Shown piece after piece: positions 1 through 12,785 of a DNA stretch of 32,996 nucleotides. The DNA is from a virus (Duplodnaviria; Heunggongvirae; Uroviricota; Caudoviricetes). The position numbers were made by a program, and so were the translations under genes. The first letter of the stretch is position 1, and each line of letters opens with the position of its first letter. A model generated the notes under the pieces. It was given only the letters and a program-made list of their open reading frames with translations, was not told where the DNA came from and ran no database searches. Location: positions 1 to 32,996 of the IMG/VR virus record IMGVR_UViG_2778261300_000002, one strand, 5' to 3'.

Positions 1-170
1 CTACGATAACCCACTCTTTTGTTGCCCCATTTTTGCCCCTTTTGCAGCGTTTTGCCCCATTTTTGCCACCGAAAAATGCGAGAATTTCTCAATCTGTAGC
101 CTGCAAATTGCGCCCATGAATTCTTTCCAAGAGAATCAGTTTCGGCTGGAAATCATTCAATACTCACACT

Positions 171-207
171 AAAACAAAAAGCCCGCTTATGGTGGACTGC
201 AGGCTTT
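171..207 (-). terminator. Rho-independent terminator downstream of adhesin gene
   Basis: Minus-strand hairpin AAGCCTGC/GCGGGCTT (one G-U pair) followed by a T-run, 40-75 nt past the stop of the 247..1533 gene. Confidence 0.45.
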
Positions 208-246
208 TAGATTCCGTGATTTAAAAACAATAGTTATAGAAACAAA

Positions 247-1533
247 TTACCAGCCTACAGCAATACCCCCTCCGATTACTGCTCCATCAGTATTATTCCA
301 TGAAGACGATGCACGAATATTGGTGTTTTCATTAAGTTTGTATTGAACACCAACAGCTACTGCATTACCGTTTCTATAGTTACCAACCCCAACGCCGGCA
401 CTAAATGTCTGGTTATTCACATACGGGATATTGGTCATTGCTGCTACGGAAGCAATACCTGCATTAGCTTTTTTAGCATTAGCTTCTATCTTATCATTCA
501 GCTGCTTAAATGTTGAATTTATCTTCCCATTAATTTGGTTAAATTTTGTATCAGTATATGCGAATGATTCTTGTTTTGCTGATTGTATGTTTTTATTAAT
601 AACACCGTTATTTTTCGTAACTTCCTGATCAGTGTATGCCATTGATTCGCTTTTGGCATTATTAATATTCTGATTTATCACAGCATTATTTTTGGTAACC
701 TGCTGATCTGTATATGCCAGTGATTCATTCTTGGCATTATTAATATTCTGATTTATTACAGCATTATTTTTGGTAACCTGCTGATCTGTATATGCCAGTG
801 ATTCATTCTTGGCATTATTGATGTTTTGATTAATTACGGTATTATTTTTAGCTATCTCATTCCCAGTATAATCTTTCAGTTGCTTAACGTTAACACCATC
901 AGTATCCTCAGTACCTGCGGCAACATGGGTCAATTGTCGATTAGTATTACCCGTCCCAAAAGATACACTATACTCTCTGTCAGTTGTACTTCCCCCGCCG
1001 ATGGCAACACTATTATTATGTTCAGCCACACTCTGTGAGCCTAGTGAGATGGCATTTTCTGCATTAGATGTAGCCCCTACACCAATAGCTAATGTATCTC
1101 CTGCAGTCGCCTGGGCGGAGGAACCAAATGCAACACTGTTTTCCCCGGTTGCTTTAGACGCAGCACCTACACTTGTAGAATTAGCGACTGCCTCACTACC
1201 CGCACCATTTGCTATAGCTGAATCACCGTTTACTTTACTAAATGAACCAATGGCTACCGAGTTATTTCCAACAACATTTGCATTTGCGCCAATAGCTGAC
1301 GATGAGTTACCTTGAGATGAAGAATATGAACCAATTGCAGTATTATAGGCTCCTTCGGTTTTTGAAACAGCGCCAATTGTTGTAGAAGAAGAACCTGAAG
1401 CATTTGCATATGCACCAATAGCTGTCGCATTACTATCAGTTGCCTGGCTATTATCACCGGCATTATAAGAATTATATGCATAAGAATTTGCTGAAACTGT
1501 AAATATAACAGAGGCTACAAATAGTTTTTTCAT
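247..1533 (-). CDS. YadA-like trimeric autotransporter adhesin, Eib-like (immunoglobulin-binding family candidate)
   Basis: Start at internal Met (MKKLFVASVIFTVSANSYA signal peptide) rather than the ORF-track start at 1575; Ser/Ala/Asn/Gly-rich passenger; tandem 26-aa repeats; C-terminal YadA-type anchor (...GIASVAAMTNIPY...AVAVGVQYKLNENTNIRASSSWN...GGGIAVGW). AT-rich gene directly downstream of a phage tail fibre gene, as known for prophage eib genes. Confidence 0.8.
   Translation of the reverse strand: MKKLFVASVIFTVSANSYAYNSYNAGDNSQATDSNATAIGAYANASGSSSTTIGAVSKTEGAYNTAIGSYSSSQGNSSSAIGANANVVGNNSVAIGSFSKVNGDSAIANGAGSEAVANSTSVGAASKATGENSVAFGSSAQATAGDTLAIGVGATSNAENAISLGSQSVAEHNNSVAIGGGSTTDREYSVSFGTGNTNRQLTHVAAGTEDTDGVNVKQLKDYTGNEIAKNNTVINQNINNAKNESLAYTDQQVTKNNAVINQNINNAKNESLAYTDQQVTKNNAVINQNINNAKSESMAYTDQEVTKNNGVINKNIQSAKQESFAYTDTKFNQINGKINSTFKQLNDKIEANAKKANAGIASVAAMTNIPYVNNQTFSAGVGVGNYRNGNAVAVGVQYKLNENTNIRASSSWNNTDGAVIGGGIAVGW
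577..888. repeat. 78-bp tandem direct repeat, about 3.5 copies, inside the adhesin gene
   Basis: Near-identical units starting at 655, 733 and 811 (GGCATTATTAATATTCTGATTTAT...), encoding the repeated peptide NNAVINQNINNAKNESLAYTDQQVTK. Confidence 0.85.
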
Positions 1534-1575
1534 AGAAATGACGTATGTTAAATAGATTGAAAAGATAAGATTCAA

Positions 1576-2151
1576 ATCAATTAAATGACGCTTTAAAAAT
1601 AAGCGGCAGGATTTTATTCATCTGATAAAAATAGCGCAAGCGTTGTCTTATATGGAATATTCAGATAAGTCTTATCAAAAAAAGCGGTATAACAAATACA
1701 TAACATTGCGGCCATTATAAATACATTATAAAAATGACAGAGATATTTAATTAAATCCAAAGCATTTTTTCAATATGGATTTCGAAGAACTTGTTATAGT
1801 ACATTAATCAATCAATTATTGGTATTTCGCTCACTGTTCATATAGTTTTAATACATCAATGCATAAGAACATTTTCTCATTCATAAAAGCGATAAAAACT
1901 GTTGTACCTTATATTGTTAATGTTTGGTAACAAAGACAAATCCGACAAGGCATTGATCATCCCCTATGATACCCATAGAAAGAATTATCTGAAATATAAT
2001 AACAATATAAAGTATATTATTGCTAATGAAACTATATGATAGCTTCACATTCAGCAATACCTGCTCAACCTTATCTCTGGAAATGAACATTGCTAACTTT
2101 CCTACTCCTTAATCGTTCTCCCAGAGCGCATCATCCACACCGACAATCCCC
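1576..2151 (-). promoter_or_regulatory. AT-rich 5' region of the adhesin gene (likely own promoter)
   Basis: 575 bp strongly AT-rich non-coding DNA between stf stop and adhesin start; no ORF of at least 60 aa. Confidence 0.3.
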
Positions 2152-4404
2152 TCAGGCATCATCGTATGTTGCCCGATACAGTTCACCGTTCATCCCGTAA
2201 AAAACAGCCATCTTCAGCATCAGCGGGACAGTAAGGTTATTCCGCATCTCATCAGCGAAAAATAAATCAATCACACCTGTAAACTGTACTTCCGGTATAA
2301 TTTCGCAGTCAGCGCTGACCGTATACCGCCCCGGTGTGGCATTTGAGATCCAGTCAAGAAGCACTTCCTTCGACGAAAAGCTGAGAACGTCACCTTTTGT
2401 GAAGATATGCCCGAATCCCAGACTTCCTGCAACAGCGGCCCGCCCCTGCGTTCTGTCATAAATGCCTGACTGAAGCCCATAATTTCCGCCTGCTGCTGAG
2501 TTTCCACTATTTCCATTGATACCCAGAACGTCACACATCTCTTCGGCTGTGGATTGTGACAACAGCTGTTTCCCTTTTTCAGAAACAGGAGCCAGAGAAC
2601 ACTGCCCGTTACCGCTAAAACTGGGAAACCCATCTTCACCGGATGGAAGACTGCCTAACGCAGTCAGAACGGGATTTAAAGGCTGTTTTCCGGCCAGCAT
2701 CTTCATTATCGTTACGGAAAACGCCGGGTCATTACCCAGCGCCTCCGCCAGTTCGTTCAGCGTGTCCAGGGTTTCAGGAGATGAACCCACAAGAGCAGCA
2801 AGCAGTTTGCGGACAAACGCCGCATTCACTGTTTCCAGACCTGAAGCATCGTCCGGTGGTGTCGGTGTCATAGGGGTACCGGTGAAGACCGGACTATCCA
2901 GTGACGCTTTTGTCTTCACCTCATTCATGACGTTACTGACTGCAAGGGATGTGGCGGCCTCTGTCTGCGAAGTGCTGTCAGTACGGTTACTGAGCTTGAC
3001 AACTCCCTTTGTGGTCGTACTGGCATCTTCCAGGCCCACAGCAGATGCAATCTCCTCTGCCCGTTTTGCCGCATTTTCTGCGCGTGTTGCTGCAGACTCA
3101 GCAGAACTTTTGCTCTGCACTGCCGCTGTCGCACTGCCAGCTGCCTCTGTCGCCTTCGCGGATGCCGTCGTGGCACTGCCCTGCGCCTCTGACGCCAGCC
3201 TTGCCGCCTCATCTTTTGAAGCTGACGCCGATGATGCTGATGACGCCGCCGAACTGGCGGACGATACGGCTGCCGTTTTTGAGGATTCTGCGCTGGCTTC
3301 CGACGCTTTCGCGTTCGTCTCTGATGTCTTCGCTGCGGAAGCAGATCTCTCTGCTGCACTGGCCTGTTCAGCGGCTTCACCAGCCTTCGTTGTGGCTGCT
3401 GAAGCGGACGATGCAGCGCTTTCTGCCGATTTTCCGGCGGCGGTGGCACTGGCTGAGGCCTCCTCCGCTTTAACTGACGCCTCACGGGACGATGATGCAG
3501 CGGCAGTTTCTGAGCCTTCCGCTGCAGAAGCGCTCTGTGCCGCTGCCGTTTCAGAAGACCTTGCGTTCGTCTCGGACGTTTTTGCCGCCTTCGCGGAATT
3601 GCCTGCCGCCGTTGCCGAGGACGCTGCACCACTGGCGCTCAAGGCGGCGTTCGTTTCTGATGATTTTGCCGCCTCTTTTGAAGCCGACGCATCCCTGGCT
3701 GAGGTGGCAGCTTCTGACGCTTTCGTGGTCGCGGTGGATGCAGAAGTGGCGGCTGATTGTTGTGACGCTGCCGCATTCGTTTCTGACATTTTCGCCGCAC
3801 CGGCACTGGTGGCCGCCGCGCGTTTTGAGGACTCTGCAGCAGCGGCACTTTTTGATGCCTCAGTGGCCTTTGCTGATGCCGTTTCTGCGCCGGAAGACGC
3901 TTCCTGAGCCGACGTCGCAGCCTGTCCGGCGAACGTGCTGGCGGCGCGTGCTGAGTCCGCAGCATCAGTCGCATGGGTTGCCGCCTCACGGGCTGATGTA
4001 CCGGCATCGCTGGCTGATTTTTTCGCAGCTGCCGTATTCTGTGCCACTGAGGACGCGTTACGCGCCACCTCTTCCACCATCAGCTCAAAACGGCGCAGTG
4101 CCTCCGGACGGGCATCATCCTCCGTCATGGCACCGAGAAAATCATTCAGCGTACCGGGTTGAGAATCTTCATACACGGTGATGGTCCCGGCATGTGACGG
4201 CGGAAAACCGTCAACCAGCAGGATGACAGCGTACTGGCCATACTCAACATCCATACTGTAACGCCCGGCTTCATCCGGATTTTCTGAGGCCACCGTGTTC
4301 ACCACCACCGTGGTGCTGTTACGTTTTGCTTTCAGCTGAATGGTGCAGTTCTGTACCGGTTTACCTGCACCGTCTTTCAGCACGCCTGAAATCTTTACTG
4401 GCAT
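2152..4404 (-). CDS. stf: Side tail fibre protein Stf (lambda Stf-like N-terminus, divergent C-terminal domain)
   Basis: N-terminus MPVKISGVLKDGAGKPVQNCTIQLKA...GRYSMDVEYGQY...GFPPSHAGTITVYEDSQPGTLNDFL matches lambda Stf as remembered; long Ala/Ser/Thr-rich central region; lies directly after J. Confidence 0.9.
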   Translation of the reverse strand: MPVKISGVLKDGAGKPVQNCTIQLKAKRNSTTVVVNTVASENPDEAGRYSMDVEYGQYAVILLVDGFPPSHAGTITVYEDSQPGTLNDFLGAMTEDDARPEALRRFELMVEEVARNASSVAQNTAAAKKSASDAGTSAREAATHATDAADSARAASTFAGQAATSAQEASSGAETASAKATEASKSAAAAESSKRAAATSAGAAKMSETNAAASQQSAATSASTATTKASEAATSARDASASKEAAKSSETNAALSASGAASSATAAGNSAKAAKTSETNARSSETAAAQSASAAEGSETAAASSSREASVKAEEASASATAAGKSAESAASSASAATTKAGEAAEQASAAERSASAAKTSETNAKASEASAESSKTAAVSSASSAASSASSASASKDEAARLASEAQGSATTASAKATEAAGSATAAVQSKSSAESAATRAENAAKRAEEIASAVGLEDASTTTKGVVKLSNRTDSTSQTEAATSLAVSNVMNEVKTKASLDSPVFTGTPMTPTPPDDASGLETVNAAFVRKLLAALVGSSPETLDTLNELAEALGNDPAFSVTIMKMLAGKQPLNPVLTALGSLPSGEDGFPSFSGNGQCSLAPVSEKGKQLLSQSTAEEMCDVLGINGNSGNSAAGGNYGLQSGIYDRTQGRAAVAGSLGFGHIFTKGDVLSFSSKEVLLDWISNATPGRYTVSADCEIIPEVQFTGVIDLFFADEMRNNLTVPLMLKMAVFYGMNGELYRATYDDA

Positions 4405-4415
4405 ATTCGTTCCAC

Positions 4416-4443
4416 AAATAAAAAAGGTGCCATTTGTGGCACC
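4416..4443 (-). terminator. Rho-independent terminator between J and stf
   Basis: Perfect hairpin GGTGCCA-nnnn-TGGCACC followed by TTTTTTATTT on the minus strand. Confidence 0.5.
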
Positions 4444-4462
4444 CGGTCTGGTTTCTGAACAT

Positions 4463-5401
4463 TCAGCTGATACTGATACCTGCTGTGGATTTCTTCATCA
4501 CCACAACCAGTAAATCGCTGATGTACGTTGTCGGCGTCCAGTTGTTCGCACCGGTCGACGACACATTAAACGTCAGGGTGACATGACCCCGTCCTGCTGG
4601 CATGTCAATCACCGATGAGAACACCCGGCTGACATCCGTTGCCGGTTCATGGAAGATCTCAGCCCCGTTTTTCAGCACCTGCAGCTTGCAGGTGGAGTAC
4701 CAGTACGACTGCTGATTCGGGCTGTTGAAATTCTGGTGTTTCGTCCCGCGAAACACCACCGGGGGAATGATAATCTGCCGGTCGAAGCCCTGGTCATCAT
4801 AAACCGTGACAGTTATCTTGCCACTGGCATAACTGTTATTTCGGGGAAAGGCCTTCCCCACTGTTTTGACAATATCGCCTTCAATCTGGTTCGCGGACAG
4901 TTTTCCCAGAACCCGACAGTTCTCGTTAATCGTGACATTGTTGAGCGTCCCGGCGTTCGCATTCACACTGCCACTGATATCCGCATTTTTCGCCGTCAGC
5001 CGCCCGTCCGGTGTCAGGGAAAATACCGGCGGATTTCCACCGCTGGTAATGGTGGGGGCCGTCAGGCGTTTCAGGAACACGTCGTTCATGAATATCTGAT
5101 TGCCCTGCGCCACAAACATCGGCGTTTCATTCCCGTTTGCCGGGTCAATAAACGCGATACGGTTAGCGGCAACCAGAAACTGGCTCAGTTTGCCTTCCTC
5201 CGTGTCCTCCATGCTGAGGCCAATACCCGCGACATAATGTTTGCCGTCTTTGGTCTGCTCAATTTTGACAGCCCACATGGCATTCCACTTATCGTTGGCG
5301 TCCTTCCACTCTTTCGAAAACTCCTCCAGTCTGCTGGCGTTATCCTCCGTCAGCTCGACTTTTTCCAGCAGCTCCTTGCCGAGATGGGATTCGGTTATCC
5401 A
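4463..5401 (-). pseudogene. J: Host specificity protein J, C-terminal fragment only (about 300 aa)
   Basis: Translation ...[116 protein letters not shown]... matches the C-terminus of lambda J (full length 1132 aa); no start codon or N-terminal 800+ aa. Confidence 0.8.
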
Positions 5402-6165
5402 GCACAGCCTGCACGGACAGGCCGGTATATGCCGACACCTTCTGTGCAAACATCCGGCGGGTTGCATCCATCCGGGACTGCAGTGTTTCCCGGACATCAT
5501 CCGGTAGATGGCTGTAGGGGTTGCCATCCACCTTATGGCTGCCGCTGTAAATCAGCGTGATTTCCACGCCCTGTTTCTCCAGCGCAGCGCCGTAATTACT
5601 GTGAGCCATCATGACGCCGATGGAGCCTGTCCGGGCGGTCTGCGTGACCAGACGCCGGGAGGAGGCACTGGCAAGCAGCTGACCTGCGCTGCAGTTCATG
5701 TCATTGGCCAGCGCCCATACCGGCTTTATGTCACGCACACGGGCGATGATGTCAGCACAGTCAAATGCTCCCGCCACCATCCCGCCCGGTGTGTCCATAT
5801 CCAGCAGAATGCCGTCCACCATCGGATCGCTGGCAGCCTGTTGCAGACGGGCGATAATGCCGTTGTAACCGGTCATTCCCGAATACGGCTGCAGCGCCCG
5901 CGTCCGGCTGACCAGCGTACCGGACACCGGCAGCACGGCGATGCCGTTCATGACCTGATAACTGCGGGCCTGTCGTGGTCCGTCATCATCACCGGATAAC
6001 GCCAGCGCCGCGGGTGCCTCTCCGGCAGTCAGGCTGTCGCCGGATACTGCATCCGTCAGGCGGCTGATCCCAAGCTGGCCTGCAAGCGCACAAAAGAAAA
6101 CCCGCGCATAGGCGGGTTCAAGCATCAGCGGCTCATTAAAAGCCATGCTGGCAATATGCGGGAGA

Positions 6166-6185
<20 letters not shown>
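5340..6185 (-). pseudogene. C: Head protease/scaffold protein C (S49 peptidase family), truncated
   Basis: GTG start at 6185 overlapping the end of B as in lambda; VTAELRNLPHIASMAFNEPLMLEPAYARVFF...[17 protein letters not shown] matches lambda C, then diverges near 5400 and stops at 5340; lambda C is 439 aa. Confidence 0.8.
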
Positions 6186-9416
<3,231 letters not shown>

Positions 9417-9442
<26 letters not shown>

Positions 9443-9962
9443 TCAGCAACCCCGGTATCAGTTCATCCAGCGCGGCTGCTTTGTTCATGGCTTTGATGAT
9501 ATCCCGTTTCAGGAAATCAACATGTCGGTTTTCCAGTTCCGGAAAACGCCGCTGCACCGACAGGGGGATCCCGTCGAGAATACTGGCAATTTCACCTGCG
9601 ATCCGCGACAGCACGAAAGTACAGAATGCGGTTTCCACCACTTCAGCGGAGTCTCTGGCATTTTTCAGCTCCTGTGCGTCGGCCTGCGCACGCGTAAGTC
9701 GATGGCGTTCGTACTCAATAGTCCCTGGCTGGAGATCTGTCTCGCTGGCCTGCCACAGTTCTTCAACTTCCCGGCGCAGCTTTTCGTTCTCAATTTCAGC
9801 ATCCCTTTCGGCATACCATTTTATGACGGCGGCAGAATCATAAAGCACCTCATTACCCTTGCCACCGCCTCGCAGAACTGGCATTCCCTGTTCCTGCCAG
9901 TTCTGAATGGTACGGATACTCGCACCGAAAATGTCAGCCAGCTGCTTTTTGTTGACTTCCAT
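9417..9962 (-). CDS. nu1: Terminase small subunit Nu1
   Basis: 181 aa, MEVNKKQLADIFGASIRTIQNWQEQGMPVLRGGGKGNEVLYDSAAVIKWY... matches lambda Nu1; overlaps the start of A as in lambda. Confidence 0.9.
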
Positions 9963-10151
9963 TGTTCATTCCACGGACAAAAACAGAGAAAGGAAACGAC
10001 AAAGGCCAAAAAGCCCGTTTTCAGCACCTGTCGTTTCCTTTCTTTTCAGGGGGTATTTTAAATAAAAACATTAAGTTACGACGAAGAAGAACGGAAACGC
10101 CTTAAACCGGAAAATTTTCATAAATAGCGAAAACCCGCGAGGTCGCCGCCC
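9963..10151 (-). other. cos site: cosB (9963..10139) and cosN 12-nt cohesive-end sequence (10140..10151)
   Basis: Minus-strand sequence ...CCACGGGGCGGCGACCTCGCGGGTTTTCGCTATTTATGAAAATTTTCCGGTTTAAGGCGTTTCCG... equals the lambda cos region immediately upstream of Nu1. Confidence 0.85.
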
Positions 10152-10505
10152 CGTGGCAGACCACCCCACCGGAAGGACCCGTACAAATAGAGTTATTATT
10201 AATTACATTTACAGTAGGAATGATGTACATCATTGAAACACCATTCAGTCATATACCGACAGCATTCGGTGTTGCACTTCATAACTCTGCGACTACGGTT
10301 ATAAAAGCATTGGCTACTTTTGCCACCGGCAAATCTTCAATGGATTTCCCCTGCCGGTTTTTTATTTTCATCGATGCATAACATTGCTTTTACATCAATA
10401 GCAGCTATTGTCAGTAGTATGTTGTATCGATGCATGGGTGGTATTGGCGGTCTTCGCCGGCCGGTTCTGTGTAGCTCCCTATGACCGGTTTTTTTATTTC
10501 TAAGA

Positions 10506-10542
10506 TTATAGAAGTCCTTCACTGTATGAAGGACTTCTATAA
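10506..10542. repeat. Perfect 16-bp inverted repeat with 5-bp spacer
   Basis: TTATAGAAGTCCTTCA-CTGTA-TGAAGGACTTCTATAA; lies between cos and the DUF1398 gene. Confidence 0.8.
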
Positions 10543-10710
10543 CGCTTCTTACTTTGTAATTTTCGCACCTTCCGGTAATTCCATAGGTTAAAAAAACCTC
10601 ATAATCTCTGACAATTATCATCCACACAGGATAAAGACATCTGACCAGATTGCAGTATTAAAAGCTCTCATGCAGACTACGCACCCCATATCATATACAA
10701 GGTTATACTG

Positions 10711-11121
10711 ATGGCTCAGGTTGCCATTTTTAAAGAAATATTTGATCAAGTGCGGAAAGATTTAAACTGTGACCGATTTTACTCTGAACTAAAACGTCAC
10801 AATGTCTCACATTACATTTACTATTTAGCCACAGGTAATATTCACGTTGTATTGAAAAATGATAACACAGTGTTAATAAAAGGACTTGAGGAGGTTGTGA
10901 ATGTTAAATTTCGCAGAGACACGCGACTTATAGAAACTTACTCTCATAAGTTGAAATCAAGAGAAATCACATTTCATGAATACAGGGAAAATCTGGCTAA
11001 GGCTGGAGTTTTCCGATGGGTTACAAATGTCCATGAACACAAAAGGTATTACTATACCTTTGACAACTCATTATTGTTTACCGAAAGCATTCAGAACACG
11101 ACACAATTTTTTCCACGCTAA
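10711..11121 (+). CDS. DUF1398-family protein (YdfO/YbcV-like)
   Basis: 136 aa, [45 protein letters not shown]...[38 protein letters not shown]; same position and strand relation as ybcV next to bor in DLP12-type prophages. Confidence 0.75.
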   Translation: MAQVAIFKEIFDQVRKDLNCDRFYSELKRHNVSHYIYYLATGNIHVVLKNDNTVLIKGLEEVVNVKFRRDTRLIETYSHKLKSREITFHEYRENLAKAGVFRWVTNVHEHKRYYYTFDNSLLFTESIQNTTQFFPR

Positions 11122-11345
11122 ACCATATCGCCCGGTTTAATCCCCCTCACTATCCGGCACTCCCACACAGGAGTTACCAGTCGGTACTGTGGACATAGTT
11201 AATCCGGGAATACAATGAAAATACAGCACATCTGGCATACTTTAATAAACATTAAAAATATGAGATTTCAACTCATTGTTTAGGTTTTGTTTAAATTTCT
11301 ACAAATACGATTCAACAACCTTAAAAACACAACGGGAATAACACT

Positions 11346-11639
11346 ATGAAAAAAACGCTACTCACGTTCACGCTGGCCCTGCTTATCTCTGGATGTGCTC
11401 AACAGACGTTTACTGTTGAAAACCAACCGACAACAGTAACACCGAAGGAAACCATCACTCATCATTTCTTCGTTTCTGGAATTGGTCAGAAGAAAACTGT
11501 CGATGCAGCCAAAATTTGTGGTGGCGCAGAAAAAGTTGTTAAGACTGAAACCCAGCAAACATTCGTAAATGGATTGCTCGGTTTTATCACTTTCGGCATT
11601 TATACTCCGCTGGAAGCTCGGGTATATTGCTCACAATAA
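11346..11639 (+). CDS. bor: Bor lipoprotein (serum-resistance lipoprotein)
   Basis: 97 aa, MKKTLLTFTLALLISGCAQQTFTV...ETITHHFFVSGIGQKKTVDAAKICGGAEKVVKTETQQTFVNGLLGFITFGIYTPLEARVYCSQ matches lambda Bor; lipobox LISGC; opposite strand to the late genes as in lambda. Confidence 0.9.
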   Translation: MKKTLLTFTLALLISGCAQQTFTVENQPTTVTPKETITHHFFVSGIGQKKTVDAAKICGGAEKVVKTETQQTFVNGLLGFITFGIYTPLEARVYCSQ

Positions 11640-11646
11640 TATCATA

Positions 11647-11670
11647 AGTTGCCCATCTCGATGGGCAACT
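11647..11670 (+). terminator. Stem-loop immediately after bor (possible terminator)
   Basis: Perfect 10-bp stem AGTTGCCCAT-CTCG-ATGGGCAACT 8 nt after the bor stop; no clear U-run. Confidence 0.35.
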
Positions 11671-11956
11671 CTATCTGCACTTGATGCGCAAATAACAATC
11701 TCCAAAAGAAAAATAGCAAAAGCAGACCGTGTCACATAAAGACGTGCAGTTACTTTCTTTTCTATTCCTTTCATAACGGACGGCTTTAAAAGAAGATTTA
11801 TACGATCTGCCGAGGATTTTTCTCTGTACTCACTGATTCATATTCTCCTCTTTGTTTGGTATAAAAACCGAACTCTTTCTCCAGTCGTTTTTCTTGTTCG
11901 GTAAGTCTAATAACAAGCTAACCGCAGGTTGGATTTACTGGCCTCATTAATGCCAA

Positions 11957-12502
11957 CTACACCACCACGCGCTCTTTCATCCAGCCATACACGAACGATT
12001 CATTAGCCTCACGTTTTTCTGCCAGTTCAAGGTAGCGATCTCCCTGCGTACAGTTTAGCGCTGTCAGAATCACCAACTCACCATCCCTGCCACGTTTTGA
12101 CAAATAGGCGCGTAACGCATTAATGGTACGTGGGCCGATACAACCATCTGCATCAATGTCCGGATACAACTCTCCTTTCTGGTTAAATACATTAAGCCAG
12201 CGCTGAAGCATTCTGGATGCCACTGACGGCCCCATGTTTACGCCGGTATCACACAATTCAGCAGCGATCTCCGGAGACAGGCTCGCAACCTTGTGAAAAC
12301 GTGGCCCGTACCAGTAGTCCGCTTCAAGAATTTCGAGGGCCTGCCCACGCGTCAGGTCACGAATATCCCCCTGATAACCGTGTGCACGGGCAACTTTTCC
12401 AGTAATGCCCCATTTAGTCGGACCACCTTTATCATCAGGGTGGTTGACGTAGCCGCCCTCTTTGCCAAGAACAGCATCAAAAATTTCATCTTTCGACTTC
12501 AT
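11957..12502 (-). CDS. Endolysin, GH108-type muramidase with C-terminal peptidoglycan-binding domain
   Basis: Start at internal Met (MKSKDEIFDAVLGKEGGYVNHPDDKGGPTKWGIT..., the GH108 N-terminal signature) rather than the ORF-track start at 12550; directly downstream of two small membrane-protein genes. Confidence 0.8.
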   Translation of the reverse strand: MKSKDEIFDAVLGKEGGYVNHPDDKGGPTKWGITGKVARAHGYQGDIRDLTRGQALEILEADYWYGPRFHKVASLSPEIAAELCDTGVNMGPSVASRMLQRWLNVFNQKGELYPDIDADGCIGPRTINALRAYLSKRGRDGELVILTALNCTQGDRYLELAEKREANESFVYGWMKERVVV

Positions 12503-12503
12503 C

Positions 12504-12785
12504 TCAGCGCCTTCGTAATACAAAGATTTTTGAAACGTTCCCACGAGCACGAACCACCAGCACGCAGAACAGCAGGTTAAAAAACACTTCCAGCCAGCCC
12601 GTTGCTAACGGGCGACCACACAGATAGCTGAGGGGCGCAAAGGCATACAGCAGCATCAGCAGCCAGGCCAGCCATGACATCAGCGGTTTATGTCTGGAAT
12701 CACGGCGACGATAAAAAAAGAGCGTCAGCACGATAACCGTGCATAACGCCACATTCAGTAATCCGGGAAGGTTACTTAACATTGC
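12504..12785 (-). CDS. Lysis-cassette membrane protein (putative holin/antiholin partner)
   Basis: 93 aa from the ATG at 12785 with GGAGGAGG Shine-Dalgarno; three hydrophobic segments; start overlaps the holin stop and its stop abuts the endolysin start. Confidence 0.55.
   Translation of the reverse strand, partial: AMLSNLPGLLNVALCTVIVLTLFFYRRRDSRHKPLMSWLAWLLMLLYAFAPLSYLCGRPLATGWLEVFFNLLFCVLVVRARGNVSKIFVLRRR

Noticed and set aside
577-888. Possible CRISPR array suggested by regularly spaced 78-bp repeats
   Set aside because: The repeats are contiguous with no unique spacers, are in frame within the adhesin gene, and encode a repeated peptide; there are no cas genes in the window.
1001-1315. 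Antisense and alternative-frame ORFs inside the adhesin gene (431..628, 826..1038, 1001..1315, 1254..1481)
   Set aside because: Embedded in a gene with a strong signal peptide, coding repeats and YadA anchor in the other frame; no RBS and no recognisable product.
2516-3907. 463-aa plus-strand ORF, and other long ORFs on both strands (2925..3632, 3009..3473, 3492..4181, 3639..4007, 3935..4162), inside the stf gene
   Set aside because: They lie within the GC-biased Ala/Ser/Thr-rich repeat region of stf, where alternative frames stay open by composition alone; the products are low-complexity Ala- or Arg/Pro-rich strings and the stf frame has clear lambda Stf homology.
5508-5999. 163-aa plus-strand ORF antisense to the C gene, and 4649..5560 plus-strand ORF antisense to the J fragment
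   Set aside because: Antisense to frames with clear lambda C and J homology; Arg/His-rich products typical of wrong-frame translation.
10337-10627. 96-aa minus-strand ORF between cos and the DUF1398 gene
   Set aside because: No RBS, overlaps the 16-bp palindrome, and the product has no recognisable features; considered as a possible spanin and rejected (no lipobox or TM/periplasmic layout).
11634-11774. 47-codon minus-strand frame between endolysin and bor (MKGIEKKVTARLYVTRSAFAIFLLEIVICASS...), considered as a spanin or Rz1-like lipoprotein
   Set aside because: No RBS, no proper lipobox, not proline-rich, and it runs through the bor terminator hairpin into the bor coding region; kept only as a note under the lysis-cassette finding.
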